NCBI GenBank assembly: GCA_050250855.1
Contig: JBFWNW010000004.1
Span: 154,002 to 218,001, forward strand
Source: Candidatus Babeliales bacterium
GTDB lineage: Bacteria; Babelota; Babeliae; Babelales; JACPOV01
DNA: 64,000 bases
Direction of reading: 5' to 3'
Shown in pieces: positions 36,556 to 48,200 of the stretch. The notes beneath the pieces were generated by a model, which was given only the letters and a program-made list of their open reading frames with translations, had not been told where the DNA came from and ran no database searches. Within the stretch, counting starts at the first letter, position 1. Each line of letters opens with the position of its first letter. Made by a program: the position numbers and the translations under genes.

Positions 36556-37104
36556 ATGAAAAAACAAGGAACGGTGGTTGATGGTATCATTGCTGCTTTG
36601 TTACAACAAGGTTCCATTAAACATGACCAAGCACAAGCATTCAAGAAACTTTTTGAGCAAAGCTCGCAGTCTTCTTTTGCAGATTTTTTGCTTGAAGAGG
36701 ATTTAATTTCGCGCGAAAAGCTCTTAAATGCATTAAGCCAATATTACAAAAAGCCGGCATTTGATGTTGTTGGCCATTTTTTTGAAGAACATTATGTGCA
36801 GATGTTTCCGGTTGATGTCATGGTCCGTAATCAATTTATTCCTCTTGAACGTGAAGAGAATATGCTTATCGTTGTAGCAAGTGACCCTGATAATCCAGAA
36901 TTACTTTCTATTATTGGTAATTATGTTTCGTACGATGTGCGATTTTACGTTGGTCTTGCACGGGATATTATCGATGCTGCTCGTGAATTTAGTGATTATG
37001 CAGTAACAGAATATCCAGAAATGCTTGACGTTGATCTGCATAAAGAACAGGAAGAGCGCAATGAAGTGCGCAATCTTAGTTTAGAGGAAGAAGAACAGGA
37101 TTAA
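36556..37104 (+). CDS. Stand-alone GspE/PilB N-terminal (MshEN-like) domain protein
   Basis: LLQQGSI...LLEEDLISREKLLNALS, FIPL and LIVVASDP; directly upstream of the ATPase. Confidence 0.75.
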   Translation: MKKQGTVVDGIIAALLQQGSIKHDQAQAFKKLFEQSSQSSFADFLLEEDLISREKLLNALSQYYKKPAFDVVGHFFEEHYVQMFPVDVMVRNQFIPLEREENMLIVVASDPDNPELLSIIGNYVSYDVRFYVGLARDIIDAAREFSDYAVTEYPEMLDVDLHKEQEERNEVRNLSLEEEEQD

Positions 37105-37108
37105 AAGA

Positions 37109-38284
37109 ATGATTAATCGTGCTTACGATGAATCTTCAGTTATTCGTTTAGTTGATGAACTGATTGCATCGGCAATCAAACGTTCTGCTTCAGATATTCA
37201 TGTGGAAATGTATCCTGATGCATTACGCATTCGGTATCGTATCGATGGTCTTTTGTACGACCAAGCACCATGCTCTGCAGCCTTAGCGCCCCAAATTATT
37301 TCTCGTATAAAAATTTTAGCTCGTCTTAATATTGCAGAAAAACGTATTCCGCAAGATGGTAAATTTTCTTTTTTGTATAACAATGAATCTATAGATTTAC
37401 GTGTCTCCACCTTTCCTTCAGTTTATGGACAAAAAATTGTTATTCGTATTCTTGATCGTTCGCATATGGTTATTGCTCTTGAAACGCTTGGCATGCAGCA
37501 AGAGATGCTCCAAAAAATTCAAGATCTTTTATGCAAACAAAGTGGCTTTTTTTTAGTAACAGGCCCAACGGGCTCTGGCAAAACAACGACATTATATGCA
37601 GCATTATCAAAACTTAATACTGCAGAAAAAAATATTATAACGCTTGAAGATCCTGTTGAATACAATCTCGCCTCCATAACGCAAGGGCAAATTCGGCCAG
37701 AATCTGGCTTTACGTTTGCCTGCGGAGTTCGTTCCATGTTGCGTCAAGATCCTGATGTTGTCATGATTGGTGAAGTGCGCGATAAGGAAACGGCGCGTAG
37801 TGCGATTGAAGCTGCATTAACGGGCCACATTGTTTTAAGTACCGTACACACGAACGATGCACCAAGCACCGTAATGCGTTTGATGGATATGGGCATAGAA
37901 CCATTTTTATTAAATGCTGCACTTTCTGGTGTACTTGCGCAACGCTTGTGCAGAAAGTTGTGCATCGCATGCCGCTTTATGCGTACGCCAACAAAAGATG
38001 AACAAGAGCTCCTTAAAAAATTATCATGTTCTCCAGAACAACCTATTCCCGATGCACGCGGTTGTGAATCATGCTTTTTTTTGGGCCATAAAGGCCGTAT
38101 TGGTATTTTTGAACTATTGATGATGACCAATGAATTGCGCGCCTGTATTGTACAACAACCAGTTTTTGCAACTATTTTTAATCAAGCACGTACTGATGGT
38201 ATGCAACCCTTGCTTGAAGATGCCAAGCATAAATTTAAACAAGGTATTATTTCTTTGCAGGAATTGGCACGCGTTGTACTATGA
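37109..38284 (+). CDS. Type II secretion/type IV pilus assembly ATPase (GspE/PilB family)
   Basis: ASDIHVE, RIPQDG, GPTGSGKT, TLEDPVE, LRQDPDVVMIGEVRD, STVHTN, and a Cys4 zinc motif. Confidence 0.95.
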   Translation: MINRAYDESSVIRLVDELIASAIKRSASDIHVEMYPDALRIRYRIDGLLYDQAPCSAALAPQIISRIKILARLNIAEKRIPQDGKFSFLYNNESIDLRVSTFPSVYGQKIVIRILDRSHMVIALETLGMQQEMLQKIQDLLCKQSGFFLVTGPTGSGKTTTLYAALSKLNTAEKNIITLEDPVEYNLASITQGQIRPESGFTFACGVRSMLRQDPDVVMIGEVRDKETARSAIEAALTGHIVLSTVHTNDAPSTVMRLMDMGIEPFLLNAALSGVLAQRLCRKLCIACRFMRTPTKDEQELLKKLSCSPEQPIPDARGCESCFFLGHKGRIGIFELLMMTNELRACIVQQPVFATIFNQARTDGMQPLLEDAKHKFKQGIISLQELARVVL

Positions 38285-39097
38285 ATTTTTTACAAAAAGC
38301 CCAACAAGTGACGTAAACTGATTTTTCAAAAATTCAAATCCCGTCTCAAGTGCTGTATCAACCAAAGGTCGCGCGTATGCTCCTACCGTAAAGCAAGCAA
38401 GGCCAACAAATGCGGTTGTTTTGTAATAGTGACGCTGGAACCACCATTGTGTTTTTTTGATTTTTTCGTCAATTAATTTTTGAGTTTTTTCAGGTTGTCT
38501 ATTAAGTAGAATATCTAATAATTTTTCACTTTTATGTGCTTTTTCACGAGTTATAGTAGAGGCTGCATCTTCATTAGCATTAAGCGTAGTTCTTTCTAAA
38601 GCTTCGACAGATTGTTGTGCAACTAGTCCAGCATTTTGCTGCCGGTACAGATCAGAAGCCTTTTTTAAAACAGATGGATTTTTAAAGATATCGTTATCAT
38701 AGTTTGTTTCGGCATTTTTTATATGCTCTTGGATAACTTTTTGCTCATCAATTTTGATATTTGTGAATTGTATAGCTTTTATAAATAAACTATTAAGATT
38801 ATCTTCTGTAAGTATGTATGATGTTGGTTGTTGCTGAAAAGGATTAAATGGTAATTTATTAAAATTGCTGAAACTGTAATTAGGAAATCCTTGCTGAAAT
38901 GTTGTATGATCAAAAGAGCCGTGTCTTTTGTGTTTTATTTTACTTGATGTGCTTGTACTATTGCTAGAAGAATTTGAATTTGTGCTGCTAGCTGGGCTGG
39001 AAGGTTTCTGAGGTTCTTCTTGTTTATGTGATTCTTGCGTTTCCATTCCCGAACATCCATAAACAAGTAAAACGAGTATCAATACATATTTTTTCAT
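38279..39097 (-). CDS. Hypothetical secreted protein with Ser-rich region and C-terminal hydrophobic helix
   Basis: MKK + hydrophobic signal, SSPASSTNSNSSSNSTSTSS tract, late TM segment. Confidence 0.7.
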   Translation of the reverse strand: MKKYVLILVLLVYGCSGMETQESHKQEEPQKPSSPASSTNSNSSSNSTSTSSKIKHKRHGSFDHTTFQQGFPNYSFSNFNKLPFNPFQQQPTSYILTEDNLNSLFIKAIQFTNIKIDEQKVIQEHIKNAETNYDNDIFKNPSVLKKASDLYRQQNAGLVAQQSVEALERTTLNANEDAASTITREKAHKSEKLLDILLNRQPEKTQKLIDEKIKKTQWWFQRHYYKTTAFVGLACFTVGAYARPLVDTALETGFEFLKNQFTSLVGLFVKNS

Positions 39098-39220
39098 AAT
39101 AACACCTTCAGGCTGAATTTTTTTTCAAAAAAAAATCTATAATAAGCATCTGTTATTATAAGAAAAGGTTTTTTTCTGTCAAACTTGGGTTATGCTGCTG
39201 TTTGTGCTACACTTAAGTGC

Positions 39221-39970
39221 ATGAAAAAACATATACTCACTATTGCAAATCTTCATGTAAGCGTAGATACAACAGCTATCCTCAAGGGCGTTGACTTTGC
39301 AATTAAGCCGGGCAGCATTCATGCGCTTATGGGCCCGAATGGTTCTGGCAAAAGTACGTTAGCACAAACATTAATGGGTCACCCGCGCTATACTATCAAG
39401 CAAGGTAGCGTGCAGTTGTTTGATACAGATCTTACAGCATTGTCGGCAGATAAACGCGCACAAGCAGGATTGTTTTGTGCATTTCAATACCCACCAACGT
39501 TGTCTGGCGTAAATATTTTTACGTTTTTAAAAGAAGCAAAGCGTGCATTAACCGGTGTTGAAACATCACTAGAAGATATCTATGATCAACTTTGTACGTA
39601 TGCTCAATTTGTTGGGCTTGATGAACAGTGTATCTACCGCAATTTAAATGAAGGTTTTTCTGGTGGGCAGCGCAAACGTTTGGAACTGTTGCAGCTTTTA
39701 ATGCTCAAACCAAAAGTTGCCATTTTAGATGAAGTAGATTCAGGGCTTGATGTTGATGGGCTGCATAATGTAGCGCGTGCCGTGCAGCATGCACGAACAG
39801 AAAATCCAGATCTTGCCATTCTTATTATTACGCATTATCAGCGCATTCTTGAGCATATTATTCCAGATGCGGTGCATATTATGCATGAAGGTAAAATTAT
39901 ACAATCTGGCAATGCATCATTAGCATGCACGATTGATAAACAAGGATATAATGACATCCGATCTTTATAA
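39221..39970 (+). CDS. sufC: Fe-S cluster assembly ATPase SufC
   Basis: MGPNGSGKST, AFQYP, NEGFSGGQRKR, LDEVDSGLDVD and ITHYQR motifs; likely start ATG 39221. Confidence 0.95.
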   Translation: MKKHILTIANLHVSVDTTAILKGVDFAIKPGSIHALMGPNGSGKSTLAQTLMGHPRYTIKQGSVQLFDTDLTALSADKRAQAGLFCAFQYPPTLSGVNIFTFLKEAKRALTGVETSLEDIYDQLCTYAQFVGLDEQCIYRNLNEGFSGGQRKRLELLQLLMLKPKVAILDEVDSGLDVDGLHNVARAVQHARTENPDLAILIITHYQRILEHIIPDAVHIMHEGKIIQSGNASLACTIDKQGYNDIRSL

Positions 39971-41324
39971 TAAAGCAAACGTTTCCTATGTATACAAAAG
40001 CAGCAAAGGCTTAAACCGCGCCCGCGTACTAGAAATTGCCGAACAAAAAAATGAACCGGGATGGATGATAGATTTTCGTTTGCGTGCTCTTGAACTGTTT
40101 GAGCAAAAACCGATGCCAAACTGGGGAGCAGATCTTTCTGCGCTTGATCCGTATGATATTTATTACTACATTAAACCAACAGAAAAAAAATACAGTTCGT
40201 GGGATGATGTTCCTGAACAAATAAAAAAAACGTTTGATGCCTTAGGTATTCCTCAAGCAGAACGTGCCATGCTTGCCGGTGTTGGTGCGCAGTTTGAATC
40301 TGAGCTAGTGTATAAAAAATTGCGAGAAGATTTACAAGAACAGGGTGTAATTTTTTCTGATATTTCACAAGCGTTGCAAACGCATCCTGAATTGGTTAAA
40401 AATTATTTTGCTACTATCGTTCCGCCGCATGATAATAAATTTGCAGCGCTTAATTCAGCGGTGTGGAGTGGTGGTAGTTTTGTCTATGTTCCTGCCGGTG
40501 TTTATATTGATATGCCGCTGCAAGCATATTTTAGAATTAACGAGGCGCAGATGGGCCAATTTGAGCGTACGTTAATTATTGCCGAGCCGGGTAGTTTTGT
40601 ACATTATGTAGAAGGATGCAGCGCGCCGATGTATAGTAACAATTCATTACACAGTGCCGTTGTTGAAATTGCAGTACTTGCCGGTGCGCATGTGCGGTAT
40701 ACCACCATACAAAATTGGGCTCCTAACGTATACAATTTAGTAACCAAGCGCGCCGTTGCGTATCGCGGCGCAAAAATGGAATGGGTTGATGGTAATTTTG
40801 GCAGCAAGGTTACGATGAAATATCCTTCTATTATTTTAAAAGAGCCTGAAGCGCGCGGCGAAATTATTTCTATTGCCGTTGCCGGCAAAAATCAGCACCA
40901 AGATGCCGGTGGAAAAATAATTCATCTGGCACCAAATACAACTTCAAATATTATTTCAAAATCACTTTCAAAAGATGGTGGCAGGGCAAGTTACCGTGGT
41001 CTTTTGAAAATTATACAAGGTGCACACGGCTCACGTGCAACCGTGCAATGCGAAGCGTTATTATTTGATGAATATTCTCGCTCAGATACCTACCCGACTA
41101 ATGATATTCGTGAAACTGATGTTTCTGTAGGGCATGAAGCATCGGTCAGTACGTTAAGCGATGATGATCTTTTTTATCTTATGAGCCGTGGATTGAGCCA
41201 GGCACAAGCGCAAGCAATGATAGTTAATGGTTTTATTGATGCTTTCGTGCAACTACTTCCTATGGAATATGCGCTTGAAATTAATCGGCTGATTGAGCTT
41301 GAGATGGAAGGTTCTATTGGATGA
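39951..41324 (+). CDS. sufB: Fe-S cluster assembly protein SufB
   Basis: FAALNSAVWSGGSF, GQFERTLI, YVEGCSAP, VTMKYPS and HEASVS motifs. Confidence 0.96.
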   Translation: MTSDLYNKANVSYVYKSSKGLNRARVLEIAEQKNEPGWMIDFRLRALELFEQKPMPNWGADLSALDPYDIYYYIKPTEKKYSSWDDVPEQIKKTFDALGIPQAERAMLAGVGAQFESELVYKKLREDLQEQGVIFSDISQALQTHPELVKNYFATIVPPHDNKFAALNSAVWSGGSFVYVPAGVYIDMPLQAYFRINEAQMGQFERTLIIAEPGSFVHYVEGCSAPMYSNNSLHSAVVEIAVLAGAHVRYTTIQNWAPNVYNLVTKRAVAYRGAKMEWVDGNFGSKVTMKYPSIILKEPEARGEIISIAVAGKNQHQDAGGKIIHLAPNTTSNIISKSLSKDGGRASYRGLLKIIQGAHGSRATVQCEALLFDEYSRSDTYPTNDIRETDVSVGHEASVSTLSDDDLFYLMSRGLSQAQAQAMIVNGFIDAFVQLLPMEYALEINRLIELEMEGSIG

Positions 41325-42016
41325 ACATAAAAAAAATTGTTGTTGCAGAAAATACGCAAGAAACTATTCAAGATCATAGTGACCCTGCATATAATCATGT
41401 GCACGCTTGCGTGCGCGATAATGCTACGCTTATTTACTTTTATAATCCCACAGCTGATCTGCATGAAAAAGTAATTTTTGAATTTTTTTTAGGTAATCAA
41501 GCGCAACTTTTTTTTATACCTCGCATTACTCATCAATCATTAAAAATGGAGCTTTCTGTAGTTTTAGAAAAACCAGGTGCTGATGCACAGATTTTTGGTT
41601 ATTATGTCCTCAAGAAGCAGCAAACTATTTTTTTAACAACAAAACAGCATCATCAAGCTCCTTGTACAAAAAGCGTGCTAGTAATCAATGGGGTGCTTGC
41701 AGGAAATTCACGTGCTGAGTATGATGGTTCCATTATTATAGAACAGCATGCGCAAGCAAGTGATGCAGCGCAAAGCAATAAAAATCTTGTCTTTGATCAA
41801 GCACATGCGCGTTCAGAGCCAAACCTTGAAGTGAAAACAAATAATGTTTCTTGCAAGCATGGCAGCGCTGTTGGTACGCTTGATCCTGAACATGTTTTTT
41901 ATATGCAAGCGCGAGGACTTTCTGTGCAGAAAGCACAAGAATTATATACGGATGGGTTTTTGCAGGCAGTTTTTGATGGATTGCCGGATGTAATAAAAAA
42001 ATCAGTGAATGTTTAG
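41321..42016 (+). CDS. sufD: SufD family Fe-S assembly protein (short)
   Basis: PNLEV, VSCKHGSAVG and FYMQARG motifs; ATGA overlap with sufB. Confidence 0.88.
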   Translation: MNIKKIVVAENTQETIQDHSDPAYNHVHACVRDNATLIYFYNPTADLHEKVIFEFFLGNQAQLFFIPRITHQSLKMELSVVLEKPGADAQIFGYYVLKKQQTIFLTTKQHHQAPCTKSVLVINGVLAGNSRAEYDGSIIIEQHAQASDAAQSNKNLVFDQAHARSEPNLEVKTNNVSCKHGSAVGTLDPEHVFYMQARGLSVQKAQELYTDGFLQAVFDGLPDVIKKSVNV

Positions 42017-42040
42017 AACTTGTTCATAAATTACTGACTA

Positions 42041-42132
42041 CCGTTCGAATGCTTCGACAAGCTCAGCACGAACGGTTTTAATGAACTAATTTTTTATTCC
42101 GTTCGCCCTGAGCCTGTCGAAGGGTGCGAACG
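42041..42132. repeat. Palindromic element, family 1, simplest inverted doublet (REPIN-like)
   Basis: CCGTTCGAATGCTTCGACAAGCTCAGCACGAACGG, ~23-nt AT spacer, CCGTTCGCCCTGAGCCTGTCGAAGGGTGCGAACG. Confidence 0.88.
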
Positions 42133-42279
42133 CAAAAAAATGATTTTTGTGAATTTATGTATAAGCTTTTAATCTTTGTAAACAAAATTTCTCTTGCTGT
42201 TCTGCTAGTAATTTTTGCAAATAATCTTTATCATAGAGAATCAAAAATATTTTATTATTTATAACCACATGGAATTCAC

Positions 42280-45200
42280 ATGAAGAAATATTTGTTGTTC
42301 TTTTTGGCTTGTAGTTTTTCTTTTGTTGTTGGTAGTGAAAAACCGAATACATTGACTGAAGAAGAACTTAATGAACTTTATGAAGGGCATGATGATACGC
42401 GGCAGGTACAAGAGGCTTTAAAGCTTATAACTAAAAGTTCTGAAGAATTACATGTTTTAAAACAAAGTTTATTTCCAGATATTCCAAAAATTCAACAAGC
42501 TTCAAAAGATCTTTCTGCAGGTATACAGCAATTAGAGGTCCTGGCAAAAGATAAAGATTCACAGACCTTTGCATTACTTTATGCTGGTATTTGGCGTGAA
42601 AAAATGGCATTAGATGCAAAAAATCAAGAAGATCAGGCATTTAATGTTGATATGGCTAAAAATTTTTATGACAAGTGTCACCATCCAGAAGCAAAGGTAA
42701 GGCGTGCTTTCTTGAATTTAGCGCAGGAGAATATTGATGATGCAGCTAATGATTTTGGTGATAGCATTGCACGAGAAGTAGGTTATGAAGAAGGTTCTGA
42801 AATTTATTTTCATGAACCAGCGTTTGGAATGTTGCAACAACTGCAAAATCCAATTTTAAATGCATCGGTGGCAGATGCTTTGTATAACTTTGGCCTGGAG
42901 CGCTACGGCAAGTCTGACAAAAAAAATGCAAAAATTTATTTTAAAAAAGCGGTACAATGTTTTGATCATAGGAAATCTCAAGAGTTTTTGAGCAGTATGA
43001 AATTTCCTGCAGCAGCATCTACTGAAAATACTCAACAGCCAGTAGCAACGAAATCAGAAAAAAATGAGAGAGCGCCTGCAACTTTGAAACAGCTTGGTCT
43101 TGAATCTAATTCGGGGGAAGGTGAAGCTTCGGATATTTTATCTTTGTTAAAACCAAAGAATGATGCAGCACCTGAACCAACAGAATTTTCAACTATTCAG
43201 CAAACACCAATTCAAGAACAATCAACGCCTCAAGCTATTTCTTTGGATACTATATTTAGTGATAATCAGTGCGATCAATTAAATTCGCCAGCAGCCCAAG
43301 GTGCAAAAAGTTTAGACGAGATTGAAAATAGCTCGGGATCTACTTCGTTAAGTCCTGAAGAGGATACTCAAGGGCAAGAAGTACAAACTTCACCAATGAC
43401 AGATTCTGCAAATAAAAAAACAAAAAAAGCAACAAAGAAAAAAAATCAACAGATTTCACAAACTGATCCTGATTCCAAAGAAGAAAATAAAAAAGAAGAA
43501 GAAAAAGATCCGCTTCAGCTTCTTGCTCAAAGTAAGTATGAAGAGGCATTGCAGTGCTTTCAAAAGAAAAAGGGATCACTAGCTTCTGAGAAACTCGATG
43601 AATTTTATGCAAAAGTAGGAGCTGCTCTTAATGCTTCTCAGAAAAAGAATCAACAACAAATTCCTGTTCAAGATTTAATTGAGGTTCTTACAAAAGAGAC
43701 TGAGTCGTTAAAAGCCCTTAGTGTTTTAGGAGATTATTGGTTAAATAATGGCCAAAAAGTTTCTTCTAAAAAAAGTTTTGATGTAACAAAAACATTATTA
43801 GAAAAAGCAGATTCTGAGAAGAATAACAAGTATAAAGAAGAAGCGCGTAAACGATTATCAGCTTTGAAGCAAAAAGGTTATTTGCAAGCACAGGTAATAA
43901 GCTTAGATCCTAATATTTTCGGATTTCAGCAGGCATTATCAGCGCTTAATGATATCTCATCAATAAATGCAGATGTACTTGATCAAGAAAACAGTGGTTT
44001 GCATAAGCTTATTGAGTATGTAAAAACGCAGGATGCGGGTTTGCAAATTAAGGTTATTGATGCAATTTTAAAAACAAAAGAAACTAAAAGAAAATTTTTT
44101 ACTACTGCCGTACAGATGTGCCAAGATCTTGCTGATGCTCATAATCAAGAAGCACAGATTTTATTGCTTACCTATAGAGCCTCTGACCAGGAGATGCATC
44201 CTCAATTTTTTGATTTGTACAAACATGGTTCACCAGAGCTAAAAAGTAAAGCGGCTGAACTTCTTGTGAAAAATTCATCACTTCGTGCAAAAATGGGTCC
44301 TTCTCTGGGCTTAGATGAGCTTGAAAAGTTTGCTCAAGCTCAAGAAAATCCTGAGTCTTTTTTGCGGAAAAATAAAGATCCGTATAGTTTTCTTGTTTTG
44401 GCTCAATGGTATGCACAAGGTAATGCTCAGGTTACACAAGATAAGAAAAAGGCGCTGAAATATTATAAGAAGGTAATTAACACTACAGCGAATATTGAAC
44501 TCAAAAAAAATGGCGTAGAACAACTAAAATTATTGGCGGGTGAGTATAAAGAAGCACGAAAACCATTGCTTGATATATTGTATAACAATAAAGAATACGA
44601 TTCTTTTGTTGAGCAATGTTTTGCGTTCTTTTCAGAATTGAAGCAAGGGTCTTTTTTGAAATTTTTTGAGCAACAGGGGCGTTATAATAAATTACAAGAG
44701 TTGAGCAAAACTAGTTCTAAAGCGCAATTTCTTTTAGGGTTTGCAGAATATGATAAATCGTTGTTGCAAAAAGATGAGCTGCAGCGTTTACTTATGCAGC
44801 AAAGTTCGTTGCATAATATATTGGCTTCGCACGATATACTCAAAAGCTCTTTACAGCCTGACCATGCTGAGGCATTTAAAAAGTATTGTTTGCAGTATGT
44901 AAGCAATTTAGGCCATATGCTTACCCTTACATCACAGGGGTCTACTTTCAAAGATGATTATAAAAAACTTGCTTGTATAGCGGCAGAAAACTATGGCGAT
45001 GATCAGGGTTATTTTACCTGTGGCATGCATTGGCTCGATTCTAAAGAGCATTTTTTGGACGGACTTGAATTTTTAAAGAAATCACCATACGGCTTTTTTT
45101 TAATAGCAGATCGTTATATACAAGAAAAAAAATATTTTAATACGGTATGGAAAGAGCTGAATAAAGAAAATTCCCCAGCAGTTTCTTTTGATGTATACCT

Positions 45201-48200
45201 TAAAAAAGAGCTCGATTTATTAATGGAAGAGCCATTTTACAAAGGTAATCCTTTGGCGTTAATTTTTTATTTACGGGACTCTTCGCGTCTTGCTGGTCAA
45301 ACTACTATTGATTGGCAGAACGTGAAAGCTCATGCTAGTTTTTTTGATAACGAGGACAAATCTGATTATGCTCGTGCACTTGCATGCTGTGCAGAGGGTA
45401 TGATCCTTGGTTTTGGTGTTGAGCGACAGGGAGTAGAAGGATTGCAAAATTTAAAACCAGCGCAAGAATGCTTTAAAAAAAGTTATGAATTTTTTAAGAA
45501 AATTTTGCAAAGCAGCAATAATAGTATAGCAGTTGACATGCTGCCCTGTATTGAGGGTTTGCTTGGTGTTTATGAATATGCTGAGAATGAAAACAGTGCT
45601 GATGCCAAAGAAAAAATAAAAAAGTTTTTTGAATATTATAAAAATCATAATAATTATCTTTCTTCGATTGTCTTTTTAGACTTTTGCGAAATTATAAATG
45701 ACTGGCTAAAAAAAGGTAAGACGGACTGTGATAATAATTTTTTTATTATGGATAGTTTGTTTGATCTCTATGCAGGTAAAAAGACTAATTTACTTGCCAC
45801 TAAGAGTGTGGCATGGTTTGTGCGAAGCCTGGAAAATTCCCTGCTTTTTATGCAAGCAAAAAGTCCTACTGCTCGTAAAGAATATATGAAACATTTTACG
45901 AGTAAATATAAAAGACTTAAAGATCTTACGGCATCTCATTCTTCCCATGATACATTGCTTGAAAGTCATCTGTTTCGTTCATATCTTTTGGCAGCTCAGT
46001 TAGGGCAACCATTGCTTGGTAAAGATTTCAATAAAAAAGAATATTTAAAAAAAGCATTTTTTGGTATGAAAGATTTTTATGAAAAATCCGATGATAAAAA
46101 GTCTATTTCAGAGCTAGGAACCTGTTTCAATGCATTGCTTTTAGAATGTCAAAAAGATCAAAAAGATACAGCTACACTTGACGAGTTCTATAAATTCTTA
46201 TTGCAAGAAGAGAGGGCTTCCTTTTTTGATCAGCTGCCAAAAGACAGTCTGCTTGTATATCTTCTTACTGATTTTGATGTTAAACAGCAGAAATCTGGCA
46301 ACTTAGTAGATCAGTTGGAAAGTTTAGTTGAAACTCATAATAATCCCTTTGCAGCATTAGCATTATCCGACCATATGAAAAACAAGGATTCTAAGCAAGC
46401 TATGACTTACTTGGAAAAAGCAATATCTGTTGGCGAAACTATGGAAGATTACCAAAATTGTTTATATATTTGGCAAAATTTGGGAAGTCATTCTAATGCT
46501 TGGTTATCGACGCTGTTTAGTGATAATGAATTAGGCGATAAAGCCAAGCTTTTGCAAGCGCGTTATTTTCGAGGCATTGCTTTGTTTAATCCTGCATTTG
46601 CCAAAGTAAAAGAAGTTTATATAAAGCAAGCACATGATTTATTGCAAGAGCTTATAGATGAGAAAAGTATATTTGAAAAGCAGGCAAAGTGTTTAATGAT
46701 AAGATCTTCAGAAAAAGTTGTCGGTGGGGCTCAAGGTAATTTTTTGATTGAAGGTATCAATACGTTAATAGAAAATACTCGAGCGCATGCTATAAAAAAT
46801 CCTCAAGGAGAGCAAAGTCCAGTTCTTGAATCATACATGTCACAGCTTAAAACACTAGGAGAGCAAGTGGCAGCACAGTCGCCATTAGTAGATCCTTCAA
46901 AGGTAACAAGCAAGATGTTATTTGGAGATAAGGATGAAAACCAACTGGTTGATCCTCAAACAATGGTAAATTCCTTATTTGGCGACGAACCAGATTTTAA
47001 TGTATTATCTCAAAAAGCGTTTTTGAATGATGATATTCAAACTTCTTTATTTTTGGCCCTTCGAGCTCATCAACAAGGCAACAATAACGGTATGCTAACA
47101 TTTTTAGCAGCAAGGTTTCTTGATGCTCAAGATGACGAATGTGTCAAAGAAGGGGTGCGACTTTTTAAAGAATGCGTTAAAAATACGCAGTCATCAAATC
47201 CTTTATTTTTAAAACTTGCAGATGTATATATTTATGACCCAAAAGCAGCAATGGAAAATGGTATTGCGCTGGATGATCTCATGACCTATCTAAAGCATGA
47301 ATTTAAAGATCCTGTATTGGAATTTCATCGTCAACGTTTGCAAAGAGCACTAGAAAATAAAGGCCCGCTTTCAGATTCTTTTGATCAAGAGCTTGAGACT
47401 AAATTTGACCATGATAATCCGCGGGTTATATTAGCACAAGGTTTGAGGTTTAAGCTTAATCGTGATTTTGAAAAAGCATATAGTAAATTTTCTAGTATTA
47501 AAAATAGTAAGGAGACCTGTTTTCAAGCGTATGGCTTGCAAGGGTTTATGGAGTATTGTGGTCTAGGATGTCAACAAGATAAAGTTCAGGGTTTGCAAAA
47601 AATGAGAGAATGCTTACTCAGATCAGTTGATGTTTTAGGGCCTTGTAATGCGACCGATTTTGATACCATAGAAATAATGAACTCTATTCATACAGTATTA
47701 TTGGAAGCAGCAAAGACTGATATAGATGCTTATATAGTACATATGGACTACGAAATAAAATTTTATAGTTCTAATAGGGGTACGGCTTTTGGCAAAACAG
47801 TCTTGGGGGAGTTTAAAGAAGGTTTAGAAAGAATTTATATGGCTGAGGATAGTCAAAGAGAGCTGCGTATGAAAGAGTATAAACGCCTTTATGAGGAACT
47901 GGAAAAAATTTATCCTCATCCTGAGCAGTTGCATGCTACTATAAGACCATTTCTGCAGAGGGCTATTCTCGAAAAAAAATCTTTTTTTGGTATGAACGAA
48001 GAAGAAACAAAATTTGCATCATTTGAAAGCTCCCTCAAGGAGGCTGCAGATTTGCCGTTTGATAGCAAATCTCCTGTTTTTTCACGCGTATGCTTGATTT
48101 TTAGCCAGCTCAAAGAAGCTTTTAAAATGAATAATGATAAAGAAAAAATGAATAAATTGCTCAATGCGATGACGCCATTTAAAGAAAAAATTAATCCTAG

